NCBI GenBank assembly: GCA_965216325.1
Contig: OZ244160.1
Location: 2,176,001 to 2,240,000 of the forward strand
Length of the DNA: 64,000 bases
Direction of reading: 5' to 3'
Source: Coraliomargarita sp.
GTDB taxonomy: Bacteria; Verrucomicrobiota; Verrucomicrobiia; Opitutales; Coraliomargaritaceae
In this document: in pieces, positions 1-11,152 of the stretch
Numbering within the stretch: position 1 is the first letter of the stretch
Layout of the letters: every line of letters begins with the position of its first letter
Translations under genes and position numbers: made by a program
The notes under the pieces: model-generated
The model's database searches: none
What the model was told of the DNA's origin: nothing
The model's input: the letters and a program-made list of their open reading frames with translations, nothing else

Positions 1-14
1 TTTGATCATCCAGA

Positions 15-488
15 CTAGGCTGTTTTAACTTTGAAAAGCGGTTGGCCGTATTCGATCGCATCGCCGTTTTCGACCAGAACTTCAGTGACTGTGCCGCTGA
101 TTTCGGCTTGGATCTCATTCATCACTTTCATGGCTTCGATGATGCAAACGATGGAGTCTGCGGTTACCTTGGTGCCGACGTCCGCGAATACTGGGCTTTC
201 AGGAGAGGGTGCACGGTAGAAGGTGCCAACCATTGGGGACTTGATGATGGAGATGCCCTTTTCTTCCACTGGAGCAGCCGGTGCGGCAGCGGCAGCAGGG
301 GCTGCGGCAGGAACTGGGGCAGCAGCTACGGGAGCGGCAGCAACAGGTGCAGCCTGAATGATTTGCGGCGCAACTTCTTCGCCCTTGCGGCTGAGGTGCA
401 GCTTGAAGCCCTCTTTCTCAAGGTCGAACTCGGTGAGCTCGGCGCGTTTCATCAGATCGATTACCTGCTTGATGTCTTTTAAGTCCAA
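15..488 (-). CDS. accB: Acetyl-CoA carboxylase biotin carboxyl carrier protein
   Basis: [14 protein letters not shown]-terminus (TTG start at 488 after AAAGGAAAC), Ala/Pro linker, SPMVGTFY and EAMKVMNEI biotinylation motif. Confidence 0.95.
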   Translation of the reverse strand: MDLKDIKQVIDLMKRAELTEFDLEKEGFKLHLSRKGEEVAPQIIQAAPVAAAPVAAAPVPAAAPAAAAAPAAPVEEKGISIIKSPMVGTFYRAPSPESPVFADVGTKVTADSIVCIIEAMKVMNEIQAEISGTVTEVLVENGDAIEYGQPLFKVKTA

Positions 489-776
489 AGTGTTTCCTTT
501 CTTCAGGTCTAGTTGGTTTAATAGAAGGTTAACGCGATTTCGCGTGGATAACTCAAACGGATTCCATTCAAGTTTTGTGACATCTAAGTGAAGCTTTTCT
601 CGGTGTGCAATGCCTTTTGTGTAAATCCTCAATGGCGCGTTTGGCACCGTCTGTATGCACGATTCAAGGCTGTTTGAGGCGGATGGAACCAGCATTGCCA
701 GCGCTTGACTCAAGTTCGCTCGGCTCTAGTGTTCGCCAATTCTTTGTCTTTCGTCGCGATTCTACCACTTTTTTCA

Positions 777-1511
777 ATGAGGCGCTTTTTGCTTATACTC
801 CTGACTGTCGGTTTGGTCCTGGTGCTCGGGGTGAAACTAACGTTTACGCTTTTCGTTCCCAAGGCGGAGCCCACTTTGGACCGGGCTTTGGCTGAGTTGT
901 TGCCTGTGGAAGTTGAAGGGTGGAAATCGCATGAGGTGCCGCTTTCCAGCAGTCCGAATGGTGAGGCGCGTGTGCTGGATATCCTCAGTTTGGATGATTA
1001 TTTTTCGCGTGAGTATGTGAGGGGAGATACGCGCGTCATGGTGTATGTGGCCTACTGGTATCCTGCGAGCGAGCCGTATAGCTCTGTGGCGGTGCACAAT
1101 CCGGACAGTTGTTGGGTGATTGCGGGGTGGAATATTAAGGAGCGTGAAAGTGATGTTCGACGGACTTTGGCAGGGTGTGAGCTCAAGCCGCATGAGTGGG
1201 GCATTTATACGCAGAATGGACAGGATACCCACGTGATGTTCTGGCACCTGTTGGGGGGGGAGCCGAATGAGCACATTGAGCAGATGGTGTGGACGCAGTC
1301 GGGTCTCGATAGTTTCAAGCGCCAGTATTATTTCATCTACAATATCTTTCAGATGGGCCTAGATCTTGGGCGCGATCAATTATTTGTGCGCCTCTCCTCG
1401 AACAAGTCTTTTGATGAACTGGAAGGAGATGTTCATTTTAAGCGCCTACTGGATGGCTTGCGTCCGCTTGGGATTGAACAGCCGAGTGCTTCGAGCGTGG
1501 TGGTTCAATAG
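777..1511 (+). CDS. Exosortase-associated EpsI-family protein
   Basis: N-terminal membrane anchor, L.LDDY..R.Y, VYVAYW, HNPDSCW..AGW motifs typical of EpsI/DUF3485. Confidence 0.7.
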   Translation: MRRFLLILLTVGLVLVLGVKLTFTLFVPKAEPTLDRALAELLPVEVEGWKSHEVPLSSSPNGEARVLDILSLDDYFSREYVRGDTRVMVYVAYWYPASEPYSSVAVHNPDSCWVIAGWNIKERESDVRRTLAGCELKPHEWGIYTQNGQDTHVMFWHLLGGEPNEHIEQMVWTQSGLDSFKRQYYFIYNIFQMGLDLGRDQLFVRLSSNKSFDELEGDVHFKRLLDGLRPLGIEQPSASSVVVQ

Positions 1512-1518
1512 CTGGGGC

Positions 1519-2154
1519 TTACTCAGGTTTCACGCCGATGTAGTTGGGCTTCGGGATGAGCTGCAGGCCTTCGTGCTTTATGGAGGCGGTGATATGGCAA
1601 CCCATGCCGATGCTGACGTGATTCGGGATCACGAGCGGCTCTGTGGGGCTGCCGTTGTTGAATAATGCGCCTGCACCGATAAAGACTTTTTGGCCGATTT
1701 CGACATGGCCGGATACGCAGGCTCGAGGGCCAATTTGGGAATAGTCACCTATGCTTGAGTCGTGTCCCAGGATGCTGTGGCTGTTGAGGATGCTGCCGTC
1801 GCCGAGTGTTGTGTCGGGTGCAATGTAGGCAAAGGCTCCGACGTAGCATCCGCGGCCAATGCGTGCACTGTCACTGATTTCGGCAGTCGGGGAGATGATG
1901 TTTACGAAATTCAGTGTGGCGTATTGCTCGAGGAAGCGTTGCCGGTGCGCGTTGTTGCCGATTGCTGCAAAGAAATCCCAATTTTCGTAGTTTGCCGGGT
2001 TGAACTCGGCTTCTTTGACTGCCGTATGGGCGTTGATTTCGCAACTGCCATTGGTGGTGACGATTTCGAATTCTTGATAGCCGATCGATTTGGCGATGTG
2101 GATAACGTCTTTTGCGTGGCCGGAGCCTCCGAATATGAGAAGTTTTTTGCCCAT
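1519..2154 (-). CDS. NeuD/PglD-family sugar O-acetyltransferase
   Basis: IFGGSGHAK N-terminus, AIGNN..R, hexapeptide repeats with LGHD. Confidence 0.85.
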   Translation of the reverse strand: MGKKLLIFGGSGHAKDVIHIAKSIGYQEFEIVTTNGSCEINAHTAVKEAEFNPANYENWDFFAAIGNNAHRQRFLEQYATLNFVNIISPTAEISDSARIGRGCYVGAFAYIAPDTTLGDGSILNSHSILGHDSSIGDYSQIGPRACVSGHVEIGQKVFIGAGALFNNGSPTEPLVIPNHVSIGMGCHITASIKHEGLQLIPKPNYIGVKPE

Positions 2155-2305
2155 GGTGTTAGCTGTTTGTATTAGGCTTTAGTTCCTGAATTATGCAAGC
2201 TGTGACTCTTGTCGTCAGGCTGATATCAATTTTAGAGATTGCAGCTAGTGGGCGCATGTTTAGTCCCGTGGCTGCTTTGCTTAATTATCCACTACTGACT
2301 CTACA

Positions 2306-4255
2306 ATGGCATCACTGATCGATAGGTCCGGAAATTTGGTCTATTTTGGCCAGTTGTCGTGGGCGAATCTTGTTGATTGGCTTATTACATTCACTCTGTC
2401 GGCTGTGTTGTTGGTGGCTGCGACCGTATTGGGAGGCGTGCGTCCTGAGGCACAGTCAGTCATATTGCCCGGCATCTGTTTATTGCTGGTTCTGCATGGA
2501 GTCTGGTATATGGTCTCCAAGGAGGCTTCCACACGTTTGAGCCAAGTGCCATTGGCTTGTGCGCCGCTATTGCTATGGATGGTGTTTCAGGTGAATCAGA
2601 GTCCATCTGCATGGCGTGGTGAGCAACAGCTCATCTATGTGTTGGAGGCGATTATCTTTTTTGCGGTTTTTGCAAATAACGCGCGCGCTCGTTTACAGGT
2701 GTGGACGGTCTTGTTTGCAGCATTGATCCCGCTTGGCTTAGGGGTGTTTAATGCGTTCTATCAGTTCTTTCAGAACCCGGGGCGAATCTCTGGGGCGTTG
2801 ACAGATTATACTGTGGAGTTGAGTCCTGAGTTGCTTGGGCGAGCTACCGGAACCTTTGCGGACCCGGAGTCATTTGTCGTTTTGTTGCTGCTACTGGGGC
2901 CTGGTGTTTTGTTTGCTGGGATCGTGCCGCGTTTTCCGATGATCATTCGAGTGATGTGTTGTTACATTGCGCTCATGGTCTTTCTTGCTCTGGTAATGGC
3001 GCAGGTGATTTGGGCGCTGCCTGTCCTGCTGGTGAATGCATTTGCTCTGGCTTGGCTCTCGACGCGTAAGCTTCAAAAGCGTATCAAGCGGGCGGTCTTG
3101 GGTGTGTTACTTGTGTTGGCGATTTCGTTTAGTTTGGGATACGCACATAATACGATACGCGATAGTGCGCTGTCGGCTCTTGAGAACGAAGGAGAGGGTG
3201 CACGGTTGGCCTTGTGGCGTGAGGCATCCCGCAGTGCGGCCGATAGTGGATACCTGGGGCTCGGCGCAGGTAGCTCTGAGTTGAGCTTGGAGCAGAGCGC
3301 ACGCTTGGTCATGGTGAAGACGGCGGCTTCGCCAATGAATGATTACCTGTTGGTTTTCTTGGAATTGGGTGTGCTTGGGCTGCTATTGTTGCTTTTTCCG
3401 ATTGGGCTTGTGCTGGTGCTTGCGATCCGGCGTTGGCGTGCCGAGCCCAAGCGCGCACGCTTGACGGGGCGCAAGGGGGCGATCATGCCGCCTCAGTGCT
3501 TCTTTATTTCAATCGCATTGCTCGGCTGTTTGGGCTCATTACTGTGCGTCTTGTTTGTCAGCGTGTTGGAAGTGCCTGCGCTATTACTGTATGTCGCGCT
3601 CTTCTGGGGCTTGCTGGCAAAGACCTGTTTCAATCGAAGGATTGAGCTGCCTCAGCGAGGACTTGTGCGACTTGGGTATTGTGTGTTGCTGCTGCTGCTG
3701 GCGCTTGGCTTCTATCGTTTCGGTTCAGTTCGCCTCAAAGCGCAGGCGCTCGAATTAGAGGCTCGGCAGCGACTTGATCACCTGATTGTGGGGCGGGTGC
3801 ATTTGTCGGGGAACAGCGAGTTGCTGGATGATGTGATTGTGCTGTTTGAGGAGGCGACGAATTTGCATCCTGAAAATGCCGATGCTTGGATTGGGTTGAG
3901 TGCGGCTTACAATCAACTGTTCTTCCGCAACCCATCAGCGTTTCGTGAGGTCGGTGAGCTAGCGAGTAATGCGGCCGACCAGGCAGTTCTGGTCGGGGAA
4001 CGTTATTGGCGGTCGTGGGCCCAGTTGGGAATCTCCCATGCATTGAGCGGTGACGTCGAGGGCGCGGAGAGTGCATTGACTCGCTCGCTAGAGTTGGCGC
4101 CTAATTCCAGTAACGCGCAATATTACTGGGCATCTTATCTGAGTCATCGTCCCGGTCGCATTGAGGAGGCAAAGCGTGCGGTTGATCGGGCAATTGAGAT
4201 TAATCCTGAGAATGCGGCTGCGATCCGTCTCCGTCAGAAATTACTGATCCTATGA
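2306..4255 (+). CDS. O-antigen ligase-family membrane protein with C-terminal TPRs
   Basis: Many TM helices, RATGTF.DP, R..LW, GLGAGS, NDYL..ELG..G motifs; TPR-like helices at C-terminus. Confidence 0.75.
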   Translation: MASLIDRSGNLVYFGQLSWANLVDWLITFTLSAVLLVAATVLGGVRPEAQSVILPGICLLLVLHGVWYMVSKEASTRLSQVPLACAPLLLWMVFQVNQSPSAWRGEQQLIYVLEAIIFFAVFANNARARLQVWTVLFAALIPLGLGVFNAFYQFFQNPGRISGALTDYTVELSPELLGRATGTFADPESFVVLLLLLGPGVLFAGIVPRFPMIIRVMCCYIALMVFLALVMAQVIWALPVLLVNAFALAWLSTRKLQKRIKRAVLGVLLVLAISFSLGYAHNTIRDSALSALENEGEGARLALWREASRSAADSGYLGLGAGSSELSLEQSARLVMVKTAASPMNDYLLVFLELGVLGLLLLLFPIGLVLVLAIRRWRAEPKRARLTGRKGAIMPPQCFFISIALLGCLGSLLCVLFVSVLEVPALLLYVALFWGLLAKTCFNRRIELPQRGLVRLGYCVLLLLLALGFYRFGSVRLKAQALELEARQRLDHLIVGRVHLSGNSELLDDVIVLFEEATNLHPENADAWIGLSAAYNQLFFRNPSAFREVGELASNAADQAVLVGERYWRSWAQLGISHALSGDVEGAESALTRSLELAPNSSNAQYYWASYLSHRPGRIEEAKRAVDRAIEINPENAAAIRLRQKLLIL

Positions 4256-5133
4256 GGCTACACCGAATCATCTACATTATGCTCGTTGTGTGCGGTGCTT
4301 GTCTGTCGGCGAGGGATACGTGGAACCATGGCGCATTTTTTATTCCGGAACTCTCGGATGATCTGGAGCTACGTGCGTTACGACAAGGTCAGGCCCTTCG
4401 GAATCTGGAATACGTGCCTGGCCTGATTCGTCTAGAAGGTGACAGTCGTGAAGATGTTTTTCTTTTTGGCTCAAATCGGATGGCTTGTTTTTATACGGCG
4501 CCCGGTCAGTTGACGGTTGAGCGGTTTGAGCAGTTGGGTGGGCGAACGGTTGGAGCTGAGCAAAAAAGTCGACTAATCCTCCATGTGACTGAAGGGGTTC
4601 TGACGGCAGACACGTCCTCCTTGTCTGAGGATTCACAGTGTATTGTCGAAACTCCTTTGGGCCGACTGAATGCCGGGGCGGGGCGTTGGACGTTGTCGGT
4701 AAGATATGATGCCAGGACTCGGATTTACAATTTCACCTTGGAGAGTATCGACCTGGAGCTGTTCTTTAAGACGCATTCGGGACAGCGTTTTGTTGTGCAA
4801 GCTGGCCAGATGCTCACGGGTGCTGGTGCCTCCACCTTGCCCGATTTGGAGGTCGCGGATCTGCTCAATAGCGCGCAAGAGCGTATACAGATTCTTGAGC
4901 GAATGACAGAGGAGTCGCTCCCTAATATGTCAACTGATCTGATTGACGCGCAATTGTTGCCGATCGCTGAGCGCGCGGTCGCCGGGCCCGATGCAGAGGT
5001 CATTATGGGGGATACATTTGATGGAGAGCTTGATCGGCCGATTGTGATTGAATATTCGCCGCGGCCACAGCCTGCGGTTCCTTTTCGTGGAGTGGTGCGT
5101 CCACCACGCGAATATGAAAAGGATATGTTTTAA
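4252..5133 (+). CDS. Secreted hypothetical protein, FecR-like beta domain
   Basis: Signal peptide; L.V.EG.L...VETPLG motif resembles FecR; ATGA overlap with upstream gene. Confidence 0.5.
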   Translation: MRLHRIIYIMLVVCGACLSARDTWNHGAFFIPELSDDLELRALRQGQALRNLEYVPGLIRLEGDSREDVFLFGSNRMACFYTAPGQLTVERFEQLGGRTVGAEQKSRLILHVTEGVLTADTSSLSEDSQCIVETPLGRLNAGAGRWTLSVRYDARTRIYNFTLESIDLELFFKTHSGQRFVVQAGQMLTGAGASTLPDLEVADLLNSAQERIQILERMTEESLPNMSTDLIDAQLLPIAERAVAGPDAEVIMGDTFDGELDRPIVIEYSPRPQPAVPFRGVVRPPREYEKDMF

Positions 5134-5212
5134 ATTCCCATTTCGGATGTCGGTGGTGCGGATCTAAGAGTCTTGGCATTTGGGGGATCATACTCCATAG
5201 ATCGGTAGTAAT

Positions 5213-7585
5213 GTGAGCCGATTGAAACATTCCCTAATCTATACCACTTTAATCCTTGCCTCGATCGGACTGTGGCAGTTTGCGCATGATCGTGGTTTGC
5301 TCGATGGCGTAGAGCAGGAGGCGCTGCGATGGCGCTACTTGGTTCGGGGGGAGTTACAGTCGTCTGCGCCGATTGTGTATGTCGATTTGGATGCGGGGGC
5401 AGTTGCGATGATTGGTGATAAACCATGGGACCGTAAGAACTTTGGACAGGCGGTTAGTGCGTTGATGTATCCAGGGCAGGCTAAAGTGGTTGGGCTCGAT
5501 ATTATCTTTTCCAGTATCGGAAGTGGTGGATTGCTGGATGTCGATCGCGCGCGTAGTGGCGATTTGTTTTTTGGCCAAGTTGTTGAGCGATATTCAGATC
5601 GTATTGTTCTCGCTGCTGCCTATACGGGGACTACATCTGAGCATGTTGCTTTACCTCTTCGGCGGACTGGCTATGTGGACCCGGAGACGGTTCCCTATCC
5701 CGAGTCACCGACTTTCCCGATTCTTAAATATGGCGTGGGTCGTGTCGGTTTGGCGAATGTCGATGAAGCCTTGAATCGAGGTTCCGTGCCACGTGTCGTT
5801 ACAACTGTTTTTGAATCTGCTGGTGAGTCGTATAGCCGAATCTTAATGGCAGGTTATCTACGTTATTTTGGGGGCATTTTGGATGGAGTCGCCGTGGTCG
5901 AATCTGCTGATGAATTGCAATTGATGGATGGTGATGGCTTTGCTCCAGTAAGCATTCCGAAGTATTCGAAGCATATGTTATTTTCCTTGGGGCTCGAGAT
6001 GTTTTTGGCGGCTCATCGCTTGGGCGAGGATGATGTCGATTGGGAATCGAATCGCTTGCTGATACGCAAGGATGGTCAGGTCTTTCGGGAGATTCCTTTG
6101 CTGGAGGGGCAGTCTACAGAGGTTAACTGGTTCCAGGCGTGGCGGTCTTCGATTGCGCCTGAGCATGTTTCGATGGCCGAGGTGCTTCGGCGTGCGAATC
6201 TTCTGGGCGATGCCGCGAAGCTTGGCGATGATGCTGCAATCGCGGAGCAGGAACGCTGGTTCTCGCGCTTTAAGGATAAGGTCGTGTTTCTTGGTCCAGT
6301 CGATGCGACGCTGAAGGACCTCGCTCCGACACCGTTTGATCGTGCGCCAGTTCCCAAAGTCGGCTTGCATGCTAACTTTTTTCGAACGATTCAAGATGAG
6401 GCATATATTCGCCGTATCGGCGGGCTGGAAGCGTTTGCGATCTGTGTTGCATTGACCTGTGTTGTTGCTGGGCTTGGTTTGTGGAGCGGGCGGGGCCGGC
6501 GGCTTACACGCGTTGGTTCGTTGTTTTTGCTGATTGGTTATGTTGTTTGGGTATTTTACGTCTTTAAGGCGGGACATGTGGTCTTGCCGTTGATTGCGCC
6601 CGTGGGTGCTGCCATTACCGCGTCACTGCTGACCGTCCTTACGAAGCTTGGCTCGGAAGAGTGGCAACGCCATCGGCTTAAGGCTTTGTTTGGAGCGTAT
6701 GTATCTCCAGAGTTGGTTAAGGAGATGTCGGATAAACAACGTGACCCTGAACTCGGTGGCACTTCCGCGAGAATCACTGCGTTGTTTTCGGATGTGGAAG
6801 GCTTTTCCGCGATTTCCGAGCTGTTGCCACCCGAGGATTTGGTTCTTCTGATGAACGAGTATCTGGGCGCGATGACTGAGGCTCTGCATACTCAGGGAGG
6901 AACCTTGGATAAGTATATCGGTGATGCGATCGTAACGATGTTTGGTATGCCTTTGCCGATTGAAGATCATGCTGCGAAAGCCTGCTTGGCGGCGGTGCGT
7001 ATGCAGGAGTGTCATGCAGACTTACGCAAACGTTGGGAGCAGGAAGGACGGTGGCCGGTTGCAGTTCAACGCATGCAAACGCGGATCGGTATTAACACCG
7101 GCGAGGCTGTAATTGGAAACATGGGCAGTAAGGTCCGCTTTAATTACACGATGATGGGAGACTCCGTGAACTTGGCTGCGCGTTGTGAAAGTGGCGCGAA
7201 AAGCTATGGCGTCTATACGATGGTGACGGGTGCGACGATGCAGGAGGCTTTGGCTGTGTTGCCTGACTTGCGCCACCGAAAGCTGGATCGTATTATCGTT
7301 AAGGGACGCAGTGAGCCAGTGGAAGTGTATGAACTTTGGGATCGAACGACGGATCCTCAGCAGACCGCAAACTGTAAAAAGCTCTACGAGGAAGGCTTCG
7401 CACTTTATGTTGACGGACAGTGGGAGGCTGCGCTTGAAAAGTTCGCATTGGCCGAAGCCTATGAGCCGAACAAGTCGCTGGCATTGACAACCCCGTCGGC
7501 CGTTCTGGCGAAACGTTGCCAACAGTTTATCGAAGATGGTGGCCCGGATAATTGGACGGGTTCCTACAAAATGTTGACGAAGTAG
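5213..7585 (+). CDS. CHASE2-domain class III adenylate/guanylate cyclase
   Basis: CHASE2 motifs (IVYVDLD, PWDR, VGLDIIF, KDKVVFLG), 3 TMs, cyclase motifs FSDVEGFS, DKYIGDA, GDSVNLAARCE. Confidence 0.92.
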   Translation: MSRLKHSLIYTTLILASIGLWQFAHDRGLLDGVEQEALRWRYLVRGELQSSAPIVYVDLDAGAVAMIGDKPWDRKNFGQAVSALMYPGQAKVVGLDIIFSSIGSGGLLDVDRARSGDLFFGQVVERYSDRIVLAAAYTGTTSEHVALPLRRTGYVDPETVPYPESPTFPILKYGVGRVGLANVDEALNRGSVPRVVTTVFESAGESYSRILMAGYLRYFGGILDGVAVVESADELQLMDGDGFAPVSIPKYSKHMLFSLGLEMFLAAHRLGEDDVDWESNRLLIRKDGQVFREIPLLEGQSTEVNWFQAWRSSIAPEHVSMAEVLRRANLLGDAAKLGDDAAIAEQERWFSRFKDKVVFLGPVDATLKDLAPTPFDRAPVPKVGLHANFFRTIQDEAYIRRIGGLEAFAICVALTCVVAGLGLWSGRGRRLTRVGSLFLLIGYVVWVFYVFKAGHVVLPLIAPVGAAITASLLTVLTKLGSEEWQRHRLKALFGAYVSPELVKEMSDKQRDPELGGTSARITALFSDVEGFSAISELLPPEDLVLLMNEYLGAMTEALHTQGGTLDKYIGDAIVTMFGMPLPIEDHAAKACLAAVRMQECHADLRKRWEQEGRWPVAVQRMQTRIGINTGEAVIGNMGSKVRFNYTMMGDSVNLAARCESGAKSYGVYTMVTGATMQEALAVLPDLRHRKLDRIIVKGRSEPVEVYELWDRTTDPQQTANCKKLYEEGFALYVDGQWEAALEKFALAEAYEPNKSLALTTPSAVLAKRCQQFIEDGGPDNWTGSYKMLTK

Positions 7586-7594
7586 TTGGCTAAA

Positions 7595-7912
7595 CTAGTA
7601 GCGTGGCATGTTGGAGTCGACGTCGAAGCTCCATGCGTGAATACCACCCGCCAGATTGATGGTATTTGTGAAGCCGCGAGCTTCCAGAAATTGGCAGACG
7701 TTCAAGCTGCGCATGCCGTGATGGCAAAAGATGATCAATTGCTTGTCGCGCGGGAGTGCCTCCACTCGGCTTGGGATCTCGCCCATCGGAATGTGTAGCG
7801 CGCCTTCGATTTTGCAGATTGCGAGTTCTTCGTCCTCGCGCACGTCGAGTAGCACGGTGGAGTCGTCGTTCAATAACTTTGCCGCATCGAGGGCACTGAT
7901 TTCCTTGTTCAT
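7595..7912 (-). CDS. Rhodanese-like sulfurtransferase
   Basis: LLDVRE, HIPMG, CHHGMRS active loop, NLAGGI.AW. Confidence 0.9.
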   Translation of the reverse strand: MNKEISALDAAKLLNDDSTVLLDVREDEELAICKIEGALHIPMGEIPSRVEALPRDKQLIIFCHHGMRSLNVCQFLEARGFTNTINLAGGIHAWSFDVDSNMPRY

Positions 7913-7942
7913 GGCTGACCTTTCATGCTTAGTGTTGGGCAT

Positions 7943-8692
7943 ATGTCAAAGACACCTTCCATTATTGTCCCGGCTCGCCTCGCTTCGACTCGTTTCCCGC
8001 GTAAGCTACTGCACGAAGTGCAGGGCAAGCCGATTATTGTGTGGACTGCAGAACGCATTTGCAGCGTTGCGCCGGAGTTTCCGCTCTATTTTGCGGTCGA
8101 TGATGATGCCTTGGTGAGCTGTCTCGAGGGGGCTGGCTTTAACGCTGTGCGCACTCGTACCGATCATCCCAGCGGCACGGATCGTCTTGCCGAGGCGAAT
8201 GCAGCCGTCGGCGCGCCGGCGGTGATTAATGTTCAAGGCGATGAGCCGCTGGTTACGGGAGAACAGATCCGTGCGCTGGCCGAAGGCCTGCAAGGCGAGG
8301 CTGCCATGTCGACACTCGCCATTCCCTTTGAGCGGCCTGAGGACTTTGCGAATCCGAATCAGGTTAAAGTCGTTCGTGATCGCGCAGGTTATGCGCTGTA
8401 TTTCTCTCGTTCGCCGATCCCGTTTGCGCGTGATGCGGCAGGGCAGGTTGATGCTGCATGGCTTGCGACCAACCCATGCTATCGCCACCTTGGCCTCTAT
8501 GCTTACGATGCCGAGTTCCTCAAAGCGTTCTCGTCGCTTGAGCCAGGCTTTCATGAGCAGATCGAGAAGCTCGAACAGCTTCGTGCGATGGAGCACGGCT
8601 ATCGCATTCACGTCGGGATCACGGACCAGCCGACGGTTGGAATCGACACAGCTGAGGACGTCGCAGAATTTGAGGCCGCACTGAACGGCTAG
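7943..8692 (+). CDS. kdsB: 3-deoxy-manno-octulosonate cytidylyltransferase
   Basis: [41 protein letters not shown]. Confidence 0.95.
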   Translation: MSKTPSIIVPARLASTRFPRKLLHEVQGKPIIVWTAERICSVAPEFPLYFAVDDDALVSCLEGAGFNAVRTRTDHPSGTDRLAEANAAVGAPAVINVQGDEPLVTGEQIRALAEGLQGEAAMSTLAIPFERPEDFANPNQVKVVRDRAGYALYFSRSPIPFARDAAGQVDAAWLATNPCYRHLGLYAYDAEFLKAFSSLEPGFHEQIEKLEQLRAMEHGYRIHVGITDQPTVGIDTAEDVAEFEAALNG

Positions 8693-8733
8693 AGTAGCGT
8701 GCCGCTGAAGGCTGCACGCTACGTTTCAGTAGA

Positions 8734-9090
8734 TTACTGCTCAATCTCGGCCGCGATCACCGAAACTTCAACGAGTAGTTCGGGGCGTGCCATACGTGCT
8801 TCGACGCAAGCTCTAGCGGGTGCGTGCCCCTCGGGCACCCACGCGTCCCAGACCGCATTCATTGCCGCGAAGTCTTTCATGTCGCGCACATAAACGGTGG
8901 CGGAAAGCATGTGCTTGCGGTCGGAGCCAGCTTGGATCAACAGCGTGTCGACCTTATCCAGCATGGTCTGGGTTTGTTCTTCGATGCCCTTCGTGGCATC
9001 TGCGCAGACTTGGCCACACAGGTAGATCGTGCCGTTGTGCTTTACGATGCGACTCATGCGCTGTTTGATTTCTTGTCGTTCAATAGCCAT
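8734..9090 (-). CDS. RidA/YjgF-family protein (YoaB-like)
   Basis: [38 protein letters not shown]. Confidence 0.9.
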   Translation of the reverse strand: MAIERQEIKQRMSRIVKHNGTIYLCGQVCADATKGIEEQTQTMLDKVDTLLIQAGSDRKHMLSATVYVRDMKDFAAMNAVWDAWVPEGHAPARACVEARMARPELLVEVSVIAAEIEQ

Positions 9091-9190
9091 GGGCAGCCTT
9101 GTAGGTAGGTGCTCCGGTTTTGACCAGTCTCTTCTGCTTAGAGGTTGTGGAAGTGTTGACAAAACCGCCTTCGCAGAACCGTATTCCCCT

Positions 9191-10414
9191 ATGCAGACTG
9201 CACCAACAGAACTCGAAGTCGAACCGACCAGCTTGCCGGATGCCCGTGGGCACTTTGGCAAATACGGAGGTATGTATGTGCCTGAGACTTTGATGACGCC
9301 GCTTTTCGAACTCACCGAAGCCTATCATGAGGCGCGTAAGGACGCTGCGTTTGAGCAGGAACTCAATGAACAACTGCGTGAGTTCGCAGGCCGTCCGACG
9401 AATCTCTATTACGCGGAGCGCCTGACCAAGCATTGCGGTGGTGCAAAGATTTATCTCAAGCGCGAGGACTTGCTCCACACCGGTGCGCATAAGATCAACA
9501 ACGCGCTTGGCCAGGCTCTGCTCGCCAAGCGGATGGGCAAGCAACGTATCATCGCCGAAACGGGTGCGGGGCAGCACGGCATCGCGACGGCTGCGATGTG
9601 CGCGAAACTGGGCCTCGAGTGTGTCATTTACATGGGTGAGGAGGATATGCGGCGCCAAGCGCTGAATGTGTTCCGCATGCGCCTCTGTGGTGCCGAAGTC
9701 CGTGGTGTGACTGCCGGGCAGAAGACCCTGAAGGAGGCGGTCAACGAGGCGATGCGTGACTGGGTGACCAATGTTCGCAATACCCACTACATCATCGGGT
9801 CGGCTTTGGGCGCGCATCCCTTTCCCATGATGGTGCGCGACTTTCACCGTGTGATCGGTGAGGAGGCTCGCCGCCAGATCCTCGAGAAGGAAGGCCGCCT
9901 TCCGGATGAAGTGGCTGCCTGCGTTGGGGGGGGGTCCAATGCGATTGGCCTATTCTTTGCCTTTTTGAAGGACCTCGATGTTGCGTTGACAGGAGTTGAA
10001 GCCGGTGGCCGCGAAATCGTGCGTGGTGAGCATGCCGCTCGATTCGCGGGTGGTCGCCTTGGTGTCCTGCAGGGCGCGAAGACTTGGATTCTTCAGGATG
10101 ACGACGGTCAGATCGATCTGACGCACTCGGTATCTGCAGGTTTGGACTACGCCGCGGTCGGTCCCGAGCACGCCTATTACAAGGAAAAGGGCCGCATCGA
10201 CTTTGGTTACGCGACCGACGCGGAAGCCTTACAGGCATTCCAAGATCTCTGCTCAATTGAGGGCATCGTGCCGGCGCTCGAATCCTCTCACGGTATCGCT
10301 TACACCATGAAGCGCGCGCGTGAAATGAGCTCAGAGCAAATCATCATCGGCAATCTCAGTGGTCGCGGTGACAAAGACGTGCAGGAAGCGGCGCGCTTAC
10401 TCGGCGAACAATAA
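9191..10414 (+). CDS. trpB: Tryptophan synthase beta chain
   Basis: [52 protein letters not shown]. Confidence 0.97.
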   Translation: MQTAPTELEVEPTSLPDARGHFGKYGGMYVPETLMTPLFELTEAYHEARKDAAFEQELNEQLREFAGRPTNLYYAERLTKHCGGAKIYLKREDLLHTGAHKINNALGQALLAKRMGKQRIIAETGAGQHGIATAAMCAKLGLECVIYMGEEDMRRQALNVFRMRLCGAEVRGVTAGQKTLKEAVNEAMRDWVTNVRNTHYIIGSALGAHPFPMMVRDFHRVIGEEARRQILEKEGRLPDEVAACVGGGSNAIGLFFAFLKDLDVALTGVEAGGREIVRGEHAARFAGGRLGVLQGAKTWILQDDDGQIDLTHSVSAGLDYAAVGPEHAYYKEKGRIDFGYATDAEALQAFQDLCSIEGIVPALESSHGIAYTMKRAREMSSEQIIIGNLSGRGDKDVQEAARLLGEQ

Positions 10415-10450
10415 TACACTTTCACATTCACCGTCACTCTCACTCAGCTT

Positions 10451-11014
10451 ATGCTGCTAGTTATCGATAACTACGACTCTTTCACCTACAATCTGGTCCA
10501 ATACTTCGGACAGCTTGGCGTGGAGCAACAGGTCTTCCGTAATGATGCGATTACGGTGGAGGAAGCGCTCGCACTGAACCCGGATCGTGTGATGATTTCG
10601 CCGGGGCCTTGCTCGCCAACTGAGGCCGGTGTGAGTTTGGCAATGATCGAAGCCTTTGCGGGCAAGAAACCGCTACTGGGTGTGTGCCTCGGACATCAGA
10701 GCATCGGGCAGCACTTTGGCGGTAAGGTGATCCGTGCGGAACGCCTCATGCATGGCAAGACCAGTCCGGTCACGCATCGCGACACGGATATCTTTACAGG
10801 TTTGCCAAATCCGATGGAGGCGACTCGGTACCATTCGTTAATTGTTGAGCGTTCAACACTTCCGGATTGCTTGGAGGTGACTGCAGAGACCGCCGAGGGT
10901 GAAATTATGGGGCTCGCGCACAAGGAGCTTCCGGTCTGGGGCGTGCAGTTTCACCCGGAATCGATCGCAACTGAGGAGGGCATGAAGATGCTTGAAAATT
11001 TTCTCAAACTGTAG
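10451..11014 (+). CDS. trpG: Anthranilate/aminodeoxychorismate synthase glutamine amidotransferase component
   Basis: [33 protein letters not shown]; follows trpB. Confidence 0.9.
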   Translation: MLLVIDNYDSFTYNLVQYFGQLGVEQQVFRNDAITVEEALALNPDRVMISPGPCSPTEAGVSLAMIEAFAGKKPLLGVCLGHQSIGQHFGGKVIRAERLMHGKTSPVTHRDTDIFTGLPNPMEATRYHSLIVERSTLPDCLEVTAETAEGEIMGLAHKELPVWGVQFHPESIATEEGMKMLENFLKL

Positions 11015-11043
11015 CCGTTATCTAGTTATTTGTGCCGGGTCGG

Positions 11044-11088
11044 GCACTAAATATAGTGGTTGCATGTGTATTGCCCTATATCTTAGGG
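11044..11088. promoter_or_regulatory. Putative NrdR box(es) upstream of nrdR
   Basis: GCACTAAATATAGTGG (11044-11059) fits the NrdR-box palindrome; weaker second site GCCCTATATCTTAGGG (11073-11088). Confidence 0.55.
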
Positions 11089-11152
11089 TTGATTGCTTGA
11101 GTCGCTGGAGGACCTCTAACTTCTAGCTTCTGAATTCTGACTTCTAAAGAAC

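Noticed and set aside
640..660. sigma54 promoter TTGGCACCGTCTGTATGC
   Set aside because: GG to GC spacing is 12 nt rather than the required 10
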